In this document: positions 50,214 to 59,560 of the stretch, piece by piece
Layout of the letters: every line of letters begins with the position of its first letter
Numbering within the stretch: the first letter of the stretch is position 1
The notes under the pieces: model-generated
Told to the model about the DNA's origin: nothing
The model's input: only the letters and a program-made list of their open reading frames with translations
Database searches by the model: none
Source: an uncultured delta proteobacterium
Lineage (GTDB): Bacteria > Myxococcota_A > Polyangia > Fen-1088
NCBI GenBank assembly: GCA_963755125.1
Contig: CAVWIP010000012.1
Coordinates: 1-64,000, forward strand
Direction: 5' to 3'
Length of the DNA stretch: 64,000 nt
Translations under genes and position numbers: made by a program

Positions 50214-50307
50214 CTGCGAAAACACAACCCTCCGCGTCAAAAGCAACCTGAAGACAGTCTCCCCTCTACGTGAGACCGGGAGACGGGCGCCAACTGTGGA
50301 GCGGGGA

Positions 50308-50511
50308 CTAGCGACGCCCGCGCGCGATCAACTCGCGCTCGGCGCGAAGCCAGTTCTCTTGGTCGTTTCCACCCTCGCGCTGGTAGATCTCGAAGGCGCG
50401 GGCCGCGATCTCTTCCTGGGTCGGCTGGTAGCGGGCGCTTGCCTTGGCAGCGGGAGCTGCCGGGGTTGGATTCTTCGCGGGAACAGTCTTGGGAGTAGTC
50501 TTGGTAGCCAT
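50308..50511 (-). CDS. DUF2934-like small protein
   Basis: EEIAARAFEIY..EG....NWLRAEREL. Confidence 0.85.
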   Translation of the reverse strand: MATKTTPKTVPAKNPTPAAPAAKASARYQPTQEEIAARAFEIYQREGGNDQENWLRAERELIARGRR

Positions 50512-50766
50512 TTTTCAGTCCTTTGTGGTCCCAAGGTTGGTCACGAAGGGCGGCCTGTCAAGAAAATCCTGACAGCGCACACCATGCTCCTGGCGGATGA
50601 GAACGCACTGTGCTAATGCGTGATGCTACGGTTCTTCCGGCAGGCTCCCCTCAAGAACCCGCGCGGTGACGCGAAAGAGACCCAGCTCTGCGCGGGAACA
50701 TTCCCGAGTTTTCTGTCCGCAACTGCGGCATGCTGCCTGCGTGCCATCACCAGTGAAAGATCGCCG

Positions 50767-52671
50767 CTACTTTGCCGGCGCGGTCGACAGGATCGACTCG
50801 ATCTGGGTCATGAGCGCGTTCATCTCCTGCATGGCTGCCAAGAAGGGCGCCGAGGTGGTCAGGTCCACGCCGGCCCGGGCCAGCAGGGTGACGGGGAAAT
50901 CCGAACCGCCCGCTGATAACAGGGCCAGATAGCGATCACGGGCCACCGTAGTGCCGCGGGCCTGCTGGTCGAGGATGGCCTTGGTCAGCGCAGTGGAGGC
51001 AATCAAGCTCGTCGCGTACTGGTATACATAGAAGTCGTAGTAGAAGTGCGGAACGAAGCTCCACTCGTCCCCGTACAGTTCGGCAACAGTGCAGATCCCC
51101 TCGTCGTGCCCGTAGTAACGACGAACCAGTCGCAGGTAGGCGGCGCTGAGCGCCTCGCCGGTCAGGGCCTCGCCCTTCTCTGCGCGCTCGTGGATGGCCA
51201 GCTCGAACTCGGCGAACATGGTCTGCCGGAACAGAGTCGTGCGCAGGCTTTCCAGGCGCTCGCCCAGCAATGCCAGCCGCTCGCGGTCATTGCGGGCCTC
51301 GGCCAGCGCCCGATGAACCAGCAGGTTCTCGTTCAGGGTCGAGGCGATCTCGGCGACGAAGGTGGCGTAACTCGACGTCGCAAACGGCTGGCTCTCCCCG
51401 GCCAGCAGGGTGTGCATCGAATGCCCCGCCTCGTGCGCCAGGGTGGACACGTCATCCCACTGGCCATTGAAGTTGAGTAACTGGTAGGGATGCACGCCGT
51501 ACACGCCGGTCGAATACGCGCCCGCGCGCTTGCCCGTGCTGGGCAGAAAATCCGTCCACCCGGACTGCAGGCCGTGGGCCAGCTTCTTGCCGTACTCCGG
51601 TCCCAGCGGTGCCACCGCGGCCAGGGTCATGGCCACCGCATCCTCCACCGAATAGTGGCGGTCGACCTCGCTGACCAGCGGCGCATACAGATCCTCGTAA
51701 CCCAGTTCCGCCAGACCCAGCATGCGCTGCCGCAGCTTCAAATAGCGGTGCAACGTCGGCAGGTTCGCATTGACGTCCTCGATCAGCTGCCCATATATGT
51801 CGGCCGGGATGTTGTCGTGGAAAAGCGCGGCCTCCAGCGTCGACGGGAAGTGGTGCACGTCGCGATCGAAGATGTGCGCCTTCAGTTGCGCGGACAGCGT
51901 CGCGCCGGTGGTGCGTTCAAATGTCTTGAGCGCGCCAAAGAAGGCCTGGAAGACTTTCACCCGATCGGCCCGGTCGCGCGAGGCGCGGGTGCGCGCGAAC
52001 CCGGCGGGATCCAGTCGGACATCCTCACCCGTCGATAGCGTGACCGTCGGATAGGGCAGATCGGCGTCCTTGAGCACGCCGTACACCGTGCTGGGCGCGA
52101 TGCTCAGCTCGCCGGCCATGGCCACGATGCGTTCCTCCTCGGCGGCCAGGGTGTGCGGCTTCCAGCGCAACACGTCCTGCAGGTAGAACGCCCATTCGCG
52201 CAGCCGCTTCTCCTTGGCCAGCGCCGTCCGGATGGTCGCCTCCGGCAGGGTCAACAGCTCGGGGCGCAGCCAGGCGGTGACGGTATCAAGCTGGACGGAC
52301 AGCGAGTCGGCCTCGGCCCGCATGGCGCGCGGGGCGGCCAGCCGGGTGTTCTCGTCGCTGCGCGCGTGGGCGTAGACCGCGATCCGCTGCAGCTCGTTCT
52401 GCAGAGCCCCCATCTCGGACAGGGCATCGGCCAGAGCCTTGGCCCCGTCGCCCAGATGGCCCTTGTGCCGCTCAAACCCCGACACCTTCTTGGCCAGCGC
52501 CGCCTTGGCCTTGGCCCAGGCCTTGTCCGAGACATAAAGCTCATCCAGTTTCCACTTGTACTTGGTGTCGATGCGGCTGCGATCGATTTCCTTGGCGGCC
52601 GCCTGGCCCGAGGGCGCGGACGGAGCGGCGGCAAGCGACAGGGCGGCGAGAGGAAGGGCGAATGACTGCAT
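50767..52671 (-). CDS. pepF: Oligoendopeptidase F (M3B) with signal peptide
   Basis: KWKLDELY, GKRAGAY, HPY.LLN, HEAGH, AEIAST, RQTMFAEFE, HFYY.FYVYQYA. Confidence 0.95.
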   Translation of the reverse strand: MQSFALPLAALSLAAAPSAPSGQAAAKEIDRSRIDTKYKWKLDELYVSDKAWAKAKAALAKKVSGFERHKGHLGDGAKALADALSEMGALQNELQRIAVYAHARSDENTRLAAPRAMRAEADSLSVQLDTVTAWLRPELLTLPEATIRTALAKEKRLREWAFYLQDVLRWKPHTLAAEEERIVAMAGELSIAPSTVYGVLKDADLPYPTVTLSTGEDVRLDPAGFARTRASRDRADRVKVFQAFFGALKTFERTTGATLSAQLKAHIFDRDVHHFPSTLEAALFHDNIPADIYGQLIEDVNANLPTLHRYLKLRQRMLGLAELGYEDLYAPLVSEVDRHYSVEDAVAMTLAAVAPLGPEYGKKLAHGLQSGWTDFLPSTGKRAGAYSTGVYGVHPYQLLNFNGQWDDVSTLAHEAGHSMHTLLAGESQPFATSSYATFVAEIASTLNENLLVHRALAEARNDRERLALLGERLESLRTTLFRQTMFAEFELAIHERAEKGEALTGEALSAAYLRLVRRYYGHDEGICTVAELYGDEWSFVPHFYYDFYVYQYATSLIASTALTKAILDQQARGTTVARDRYLALLSAGGSDFPVTLLARAGVDLTTSAPFLAAMQEMNALMTQIESILSTAPAK

Positions 52672-52801
52672 GATGAACCTTTTCGCAATGGACCGGAAGC
52701 AACCGGCAGAGCGTTCTGCAAGGCCGGTTCCGACCGACCGGCGCAGTCTACCCCATCGCGCCGTGGCCGGGGTCGCTGACACGTCCTGACCCGCAACCGT
52801 C

Positions 52802-53107
52802 CTATCTGTCCATCACAATCAAATAGGCCAGGGTCTGATTGACGAGTTGATAGGCCACTTCGCCGAAGGTGATTGGACCCAAAAAGGCGCCGGTCCTCTT
52901 GCCCCCCAGTTTCGAGTGCAAATAGTTGAAGATGCAATTGCAGGAGAACGCGATCTCGCCATTGTGCTCGGCCGACAGGCGTTCAGGGAAGCGACGGACG
53001 TAGTCGTCGAGGGGTTTGGCCGGACGGTACTCCATGCCTTGGAAGACCGGGGCATGGCCGGCTGCGCCGACGGGTGCGCCGATGTTGAGGCCATGCACAC
53101 CGCTCAT
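52802..53107 (-). pseudogene. C-terminal remnant of a DUF6976-like protein
   Basis: APVF.G.EYR.A, SCNCIFNYL, GPITFGEVAYQLVNQT recalled as the end of a longer family. The upstream part is absent. Confidence 0.55.
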
Positions 53108-53301
53108 GCCTCGCGATGAGCGTGCGCACGATGATGCCGCCTCGCAGGTTGGAATGCCAGTGTGAGTCATGGCGACACCAAAGTAACCCTTCGAATGTCT
53201 TGGACGCCGGTCTCTCGATTGAAGCTTTGGGTCGCTCGTCCACATTTCCCCATGTGTACGCTGAGACGACTGTCGTGAAACCCCCTGCAGGGAGAGGATC
53301 C

Positions 53302-54913
53302 ATGAACCACTGCGTTGGCAAGACACTCCTGGCTCTATTGGCGATGCTGCCGGTCCTATTTGTCGGCGGATGTGACTCGTCGGGGACACCCGCGGTCACA
53401 GGCGGAACAGGTGGCGCGAGTCACGCAACGGGCGGCACGACGGAAACTGTGACTGGCGCAACGAATCCCGCGACCGGCGGCACGACGTATATCTTGACTG
53501 ACAGCTCAGCTCTCGGAACTGCCGGCACGACGGGAAACACCAGCGCACCAGAAACCGGAGGCACGGCGGCCGGGGGCGGCCCTGGTGGTGCCAGTTCTGA
53601 GGGCGGGATCGGAGCCGGTGGCGTGAGCACCTCTGGTGGCGTGACCACCTCGGGCGGCGCGATTGCCTCCGGCGGCGTCACGGCATCTGCCGGCGCAACG
53701 GGCAGAGGCCCCGGCGGGACCGTCGCGGGCGGTAGGAGCGGGAGCGGCGGCGCGGCAGGCGGAGCCGGTGGCGCGAGCGCCTCGGGTGGTGGAACCACCT
53801 CGGGTGGCGCGATTGCCTCCGGCGGCGTCACGGCATCTGGCGGTGCAGCGGGTAGAGGCGCCGGCGGAAGTAGCGCGGGCGGCAGGGGCGGCGCCGGCGG
53901 CACCACGCCAACCGGCGGCGCCACGCCAACCGGCGGCAGCACGCCAACCGGCGGTGCTACGCCAACCGGCGGCACGACGGGGGCGGGAAGCACGGGGACC
54001 GCGCCATCGGGGACACCGGTCAGCGTGCACGGACAGCTCAGCGTCAAGGGGAACAAGATCGTCGATCAGAACGGCAATCCCGTGACGCTGCATGGAATGT
54101 CGATGTACGCGTGGTCTCAACAGGGGACGCAATTTTACAATGCCTCCGCGGTTGGGCATCTTGCCAAGGATCTAGACTGCGCCGTTCTTCGCATTCCCAT
54201 CCTGCCCAACGATCTCTCTTCGCAAACAACGCTGGTCAGAGACTGTAGTCGAAGCCTGCATCGCCAACGGCATATACGCAATAATCGATTGGCATGGGGG
54301 CGGCACCTCTCAAACAACCGCAGCGGCGAGCTTCTTTGCCAGCATGGCCACGGCCTATGGTAACACTCCCAACGTCATGTATGAGCCGTGGAACGAACCC
54401 ACCGTGGCCTGGGCCACTGTCAAGACCTATCATGAAGCGATCATAGCGGCGATCCGTCCTATCGACCCCGACAACATCATCATCCTTGGGACTCCGCAGT
54501 GGGACCAGCTACCTCAAGATGCTGCCGCCGATCCTGTCACCACAACAACGAACCTGGCCTATACAGTCCACTTCTACGCGAATAGCCATCCCCTCGCCGG
54601 TTTCGAACCGGGTATAAACACTGCGCTGAAGGCAGGCCTTGCCATCTTCGTGACCGAATACGGTGGATGCTCGGCGAACGGAAGCGGCACCTTCAATGCG
54701 GCGGCATTGCAGCTCTGGTGGAACTTCCTTGATGCGAACGACATAGGTTGTACCAACTGGGCGGTCGAGACCAATGGGGAGACATCCTCTATCTTCAAGC
54801 CGAGTGCAAGCGCAACCGGCCCGTGGACCACTGCCGATCTCACGAGCCCGGATGGCACAACGATCATTAGTTACATACAGAGCAAGTACGCCGCGACCCT
54901 GACATCACCCTAG
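53302..54913 (+). pseudogene. GH5 (subfamily 2-like) endoglucanase lipoprotein interrupted by a +1 frameshift near 54238
   Basis: VGGC lipobox, linker, HGQLSVKG and LHGMS in one frame. IIDWH, YEPWNEP, HFYA and FVTEYG follow in the next frame. Confidence 0.88.
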
Positions 54914-55392
54914 TCTTCCCGCACGAGATCGCGACCGGCAACTCTGCCTGAGTGACCACCGGTCAATAGGGCGCTGGAAAGAGCAGGCGCGATCTTTTTT
55001 GCGAGGCATCCCGCTCCCTCTTCTTCTTCCTGATCTGTGAAGCCGCGTGGCCTGGCTGGCAATCGTGCGGTCGACCGGCGCAGCGGGCCCGATCGTGGTT
55101 TCAGCCGATTCATCCGATTTGACGTCAGGCTCGATTGCGGTCGGCGCGCAATAGCCGGGTGGAAACGCTGATTCCATGTTGTCGATCAGCACGGCCTTCT
55201 TCATCATTTCACCCTCGATAGCACGCGAAACGCGACCCGTCATCCTGCCCTTCGCACGTCCTTGAGATAGGGCGGAGTTCGGCCGTAGGATACGCCATTC
55301 TGCCATGAGCAAAAGGCGCGGTTCTGAATGCCCATGTTCCTGAACCTTCACGGTGATGACGTGCGCGAGAGCTTCGCTCGGAGGTTGGACAA

Positions 55393-56526
55393 GTGTTGAG
55401 AACTCGCGCCGTCAGCCTCTGGCGCGACGCACTGACCCTGCTCGGGGCGGGGCTGCGCCGTGATCCCTTGGTCGGCCCGCGCGTGGTGCAGTTGAACATA
55501 GCCGACCGCTGCAACCTGCGCTGTATCATGTGCAACCAGTCGTGCTTTCCCCCGGGCGGTTTTCTGGATCCCGACCGGGCGGCATCGCTGATTGACGAGC
55601 TGGCTGCGCTCGGTCTGCAGGAGTTGTTCTGGCACGGCTACGGCGAGCCCTGCCTGCACCCGCACCTGGGTGACATGATCGCCACGGTCGGTCGGCGGCA
55701 CCCGGTGCTGCGGCAGTTCACCGTCAGCAACGGAACCTGCATCTCCGAGAGTCTGGTGGGCATTCTGCGCGATCGCGACGTCGGGGTCCGCATTTCGGCG
55801 CACGCCGGCGACCGGGAGACCTGGGCTCGCATCCATCCCCACAATGATCCGGGCCTTTTTGACCGCATGGTCGAGGCGATCGCCCGCCTGGCCGAGGGCC
55901 GCCCTGGCAGGGTCGAGCTTCTGTTTGCCCTGTTCGAGACCAATCGTGAGCAAATTGACGGCATGATTCGCCTGGCGCGGGAGACCGGTGTGCGCCGGGT
56001 TCTTTTCCGCCCGATGCGCCTCTTCCGCGAGGCCGACGGTGCCTGGATGAACGACCGCCTTATGCCCGGGCGGGAGGACTTCCTGCGCGTGCGCGTGCAG
56101 CTACTGAGTTTGCGCGAGGAACTGCGTGGTGTGATGGAACTGTCCCTGGATGCGTTCGCCATGTCGGGATTCGACTCCGCGCTCGGCCGGCCGGTCACGG
56201 GTGACTACTACTTGCACAACCCGTGTCTCATCGGCTGGGTGTTCAGCGTGGTGGAAACCGATGGCCGCGTTCACGGCTGCCTCCCCGAGTCCTGCGCTGG
56301 CCCACTGGGAAACATCCACCAGCAGTCCTTCCGCGAAATATGGTGGTCGGACGCCTACCGCAAATTCCGGCGCGACCGCGTGACCTGCGGGCGCGGCGGC
56401 GGCGATCCCGAGGGATGCCACACCTGGTGCCAGCACCTGGACACCAACCGGCGCCTGAACGATTTGTTGAGGTTGCGCATCGGTCTCCGACGCCGTCGCG
56501 AGCCAGCCGCGCGGGACGGGCGCTGA
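55393..56526 (+). CDS. Radical SAM protein with C-terminal SPASM/twitch domain
   Basis: CNLRCIMC, GYGEP, SNGT, then CLIGW..DGRVHGC..LGNIHQQSFREIW and further Cys residues. Confidence 0.93.
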   Translation: MLRTRAVSLWRDALTLLGAGLRRDPLVGPRVVQLNIADRCNLRCIMCNQSCFPPGGFLDPDRAASLIDELAALGLQELFWHGYGEPCLHPHLGDMIATVGRRHPVLRQFTVSNGTCISESLVGILRDRDVGVRISAHAGDRETWARIHPHNDPGLFDRMVEAIARLAEGRPGRVELLFALFETNREQIDGMIRLARETGVRRVLFRPMRLFREADGAWMNDRLMPGREDFLRVRVQLLSLREELRGVMELSLDAFAMSGFDSALGRPVTGDYYLHNPCLIGWVFSVVETDGRVHGCLPESCAGPLGNIHQQSFREIWWSDAYRKFRRDRVTCGRGGGDPEGCHTWCQHLDTNRRLNDLLRLRIGLRRRREPAARDGR

Positions 56527-58535
56527 TGAAAGCCCGGGATATTTTGGTGGGGCTGGCCATCCGGCTGGCCTTTCCCCCGTTCACCTGGTTGTTCCGCGCC
56601 TTCTACGCCCTGGCCATCCGATGCTCGGTGCGAAGCGTTCGCGCGGCACCGGGCGTGGCGGCCATCTACCTGACCGGCTCCATGGCCCGGCACGAATCCA
56701 TCCCCGGCCTCTCGGACATCGATTTCAAAATCTTCGTGCGCGGGCCGCGCAACCGGGCCGCGTCCGACGAGATCCGGCGCCGCTTTGCCCGCCTCCGTCG
56801 CTGCTTCCCCGTGCTCGGGCCCCCGGACGAGAAGGGCATCCATTTCATCGAGGGTTTCGCGGCCGATCTCGATCGCTATCCGCTGCTGCGCCACCTCTTC
56901 GACCCGCGGGTGTATTGCCACCGCCTGCTGTGGGGCGAGTCCTTGCTGGAGCGGCTGGTCCCACCGCGACCGGAGGGGAACGATCTGCGACAGACCCTTC
57001 TCTGGAAGCTCAAGGATTGGATCGAGAAGGCCTCGTTGCTGGCAGAGCACCCCTTGCTGGCGCCGCCCCAGCGCCGCTACCTCCTCTACAAATCGGTGGC
57101 CGACGCCGGGCTGGTCCTGCTCATGGCCGACGACAACCAGCGACGGAACCAGGGTCGCACGACGGTCCTGCAAGAGCTTGCCACGCGGTACGACGGTGGC
57201 GTGCGCGAGACGGTAGCAAAGCTTCTGGCCGAGCGGGCTATCGCTTTCCGGAGCGCGCTGGCGGAAACCGGCGAGGTGTGGCAGCTCTTCCTCCGCCTGG
57301 TCGGGGAAGCCCTGGCTGCCCTCGGCTTCGCTCCCGCGCGTGGATCCGCTTCTTTCTCTGCGGGCCGCATCGCCGCGGCTGACCTTCCCGCCTGGCTGCG
57401 CGAGGCGCTACCGTCCGACGCGGCAGTGGCAGAATTTCCCTGGCGTCGGGTTCCACTCTCTCCCCTCGACTGTGCCTTCTTCGGCCGTCGCCTCGTGCTG
57501 GTCACCCTACCTCAATCGCTTTCCCTAGCCGGACAGTTGCGCCTGAGGGCAGCCGCCCGGCCCCACGCCGAAGAAACGCCGGTGATGATCCAGGAAAGCG
57601 GCTGGCTGCGTTCAGCCTGGTGTGAACTTCTGGATCACTGGCTCTCGCCCGAGGGGAGTGACGACATGACCGCGCTGCTGGCCGCAGGCGAGATGCCGCC
57701 GGGACCTCTCGCACAGCGCCTGCAAGCAAGACTGGCGGCATGGCAGGACCAACTCGACGAAATCCTGGCCAGCCAGGATTTGGCGCGCATGGATCGCCCG
57801 CGCTACCTGCGGTTCCTCTTCGCGGCCATGGCTTGCCTTGTCCTGCGCCGGTCGCTGGACGACGGCTCATTCGCTTTCCCGTCCGATGCGTATGGGGTTG
57901 CCGACATGCTGCGAAGAGAGACACCGCTGGCTCCCGGCTTCATCGATCTTCTCGAGGACGAGTGGCACCGGGTGCAGGAAGAGAGACTCCCGTTCCAGGA
58001 GGCCCTGTTCCATAAAACCAGAGTCCTGCTGCAGACGTGGGCAGGGCTGATCCGGCGCGACGAACCCCTCGATCGGCTGGCAGCGGTCAACGGCATTCCC
58101 GATCTGGCCCGGCTTTCCCTCTCGGTGGTTGTCGTCACCCGCAACCGCTGCCACCAACTGGCCCGCTGCCTGGACTCCCTGGCCCGCCAGAAGCGCCACC
58201 CCGACGAGCTGCTGGTGGTGGACAACGGGTCCTCGGACGACACCGCCGGGACGGTCGCGCGCTTCTCAGCCCGTTTCCCAGTGCGCCTGGTAGCAGAACC
58301 CATAGTCGGCGTGGCCGTGGCTCGCAACCGCGGGCTCAGTGAAACGCGCGGCGATGTGATTGCTTTCATCGACGACGACGCGGTGGCTGAACCAGGCTGG
58401 CTGGCGGCGATCGAGGAGGCTTTTCTGCGCGACGAGCGCGTCGGCATCGTGGGCGGGTCGATCCTCAACCTGGACACCGGTGCGACCGATCCGGTGAGCC
58501 GTTTCTTCGAGCTGGCGGAGCGGATCCCGGCATGA
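56526..58535 (+). CDS. Nucleotidyltransferase-domain protein fused to the N-terminal half of a GT2 glycosyltransferase
   Basis: TGATG coupling with the rSAM gene, GSMAR..PGLSDID (Pol-beta NTase), then SVVVVTRNR, VVDNGSSD, ARNRG, FIDDD, VGG. Confidence 0.85.
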   Translation: MKARDILVGLAIRLAFPPFTWLFRAFYALAIRCSVRSVRAAPGVAAIYLTGSMARHESIPGLSDIDFKIFVRGPRNRAASDEIRRRFARLRRCFPVLGPPDEKGIHFIEGFAADLDRYPLLRHLFDPRVYCHRLLWGESLLERLVPPRPEGNDLRQTLLWKLKDWIEKASLLAEHPLLAPPQRRYLLYKSVADAGLVLLMADDNQRRNQGRTTVLQELATRYDGGVRETVAKLLAERAIAFRSALAETGEVWQLFLRLVGEALAALGFAPARGSASFSAGRIAAADLPAWLREALPSDAAVAEFPWRRVPLSPLDCAFFGRRLVLVTLPQSLSLAGQLRLRAAARPHAEETPVMIQESGWLRSAWCELLDHWLSPEGSDDMTALLAAGEMPPGPLAQRLQARLAAWQDQLDEILASQDLARMDRPRYLRFLFAAMACLVLRRSLDDGSFAFPSDAYGVADMLRRETPLAPGFIDLLEDEWHRVQEERLPFQEALFHKTRVLLQTWAGLIRRDEPLDRLAAVNGIPDLARLSLSVVVVTRNRCHQLARCLDSLARQKRHPDELLVVDNGSSDDTAGTVARFSARFPVRLVAEPIVGVAVARNRGLSETRGDVIAFIDDDAVAEPGWLAAIEEAFLRDERVGIVGGSILNLDTGATDPVSRFFELAERIPA

Positions 58536-59221
58536 TGATTCCCGTCCTCACCGACTATTACCAGGCGGGGTATTTGCCGAAACCCCGCTACGGGACGCTG
58601 CCGTCCTTCGTTCCCAACGTCAACCTAGCCGTGCGCCGGCAAGCCATCAAGCAGATTGGTCGCTACGACGAGGCCTGCTGGGCGGGTGAAGACGCCGACC
58701 TGTGCCTGCGGGCCGCCAGGGGAGAATGGGACATCTTCTACGAGCGGCGGGCCGTGGTCCGCCACGAGCCTAAGCATTCGCTTGGCGCGCTCATCCGCCA
58801 GTGGTGGTGGTACGGCTCGGCGGGGGGAAGGGTCTTCGAGAAGGGAATAAACCGGCGCTGCGAGGTCTACCTCTCACCCGACGCGCGCCCGCGCATCCAC
58901 CGCTACCTTCGTCTGCTCTCCACCAATTTCTGCCCGCTGCGCGTGCTGGTATTCGTTTCCCCCTTCCTCCTTTTCCACCTGGGAACGTTGCTGGCGGCGG
59001 CCCTGCTGGCGCTCGGCCATAGCTGGCCGGCCTTGGCTCTTGCGCTCGCTATGGCCGTGGTCGCTCTGATTCTGCACAGCCGTTCCTCTCTGCGCGCGCT
59101 CGATCTGCGCGAACTAATCCTCTACGCAACCGTCACCTGGGTGCTGAACTGGACCTGTATCCTGGGCAGCATCGTCGGCGGCCTGCGCAGGCGCATGCTC
59201 TTTGTCTTTCCAGGGCTGTGA
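58532..59221 (+). CDS. C-terminal half of a GT2 glycosyltransferase with TM helices
   Basis: ATGA overlap, NLAVRR, IGRYDE, GEDADLCLR, VVRH, RQWWWYG. No DxD half. Confidence 0.85.
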   Translation: MMIPVLTDYYQAGYLPKPRYGTLPSFVPNVNLAVRRQAIKQIGRYDEACWAGEDADLCLRAARGEWDIFYERRAVVRHEPKHSLGALIRQWWWYGSAGGRVFEKGINRRCEVYLSPDARPRIHRYLRLLSTNFCPLRVLVFVSPFLLFHLGTLLAAALLALGHSWPALALALAMAVVALILHSRSSLRALDLRELILYATVTWVLNWTCILGSIVGGLRRRMLFVFPGL

Positions 59222-59327
59222 AGCGGAAGGACCGTGCAAAGGTCGCCATCATTTCTTCCGGCGGGTACTTCAAAAGAAGTACGCCTGCCAGAAACTGGAG
59301 GGAGATCTGGCCGCTTCACCCTGGTTT

Positions 59328-59531
59328 CTACTGTCGCCGCGGCGTACACTCCGGGCACGGTTCGTCCTTGTCTGTGCCGTAATAGCCTGTCTCACAATCG
59401 ACGCAATGATGCCAGTATATGAGGGTTCCGCAATTATCACACTTCGTTGAACTATCGTGAAAAGACTCCTCAAAGGGCAGTCTCATCTCCTTGTGGCAGG
59501 AACCACAGTATAGTTCGATGAAGTCTTTCAT
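59328..59531 (-). CDS. Small protein with four CxxC motifs (zinc-ribbon-like)
   Basis: CGSC, CDNC, CVDC, CPEC in 67 aa. Locally lower GC. Confidence 0.7.
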   Translation of the reverse strand: MKDFIELYCGSCHKEMRLPFEESFHDSSTKCDNCGTLIYWHHCVDCETGYYGTDKDEPCPECTPRRQ

Positions 59532-59560
59532 TTTCTTGGAGGGGCGTGCGGTCGGTTGGT

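Noticed and set aside
54905..55351. Minus-strand ORF divergent from the radical SAM gene as a RiPP precursor
   Set aside because: No leader/core pattern, no RRE protein nearby, and its coding status is doubtful.
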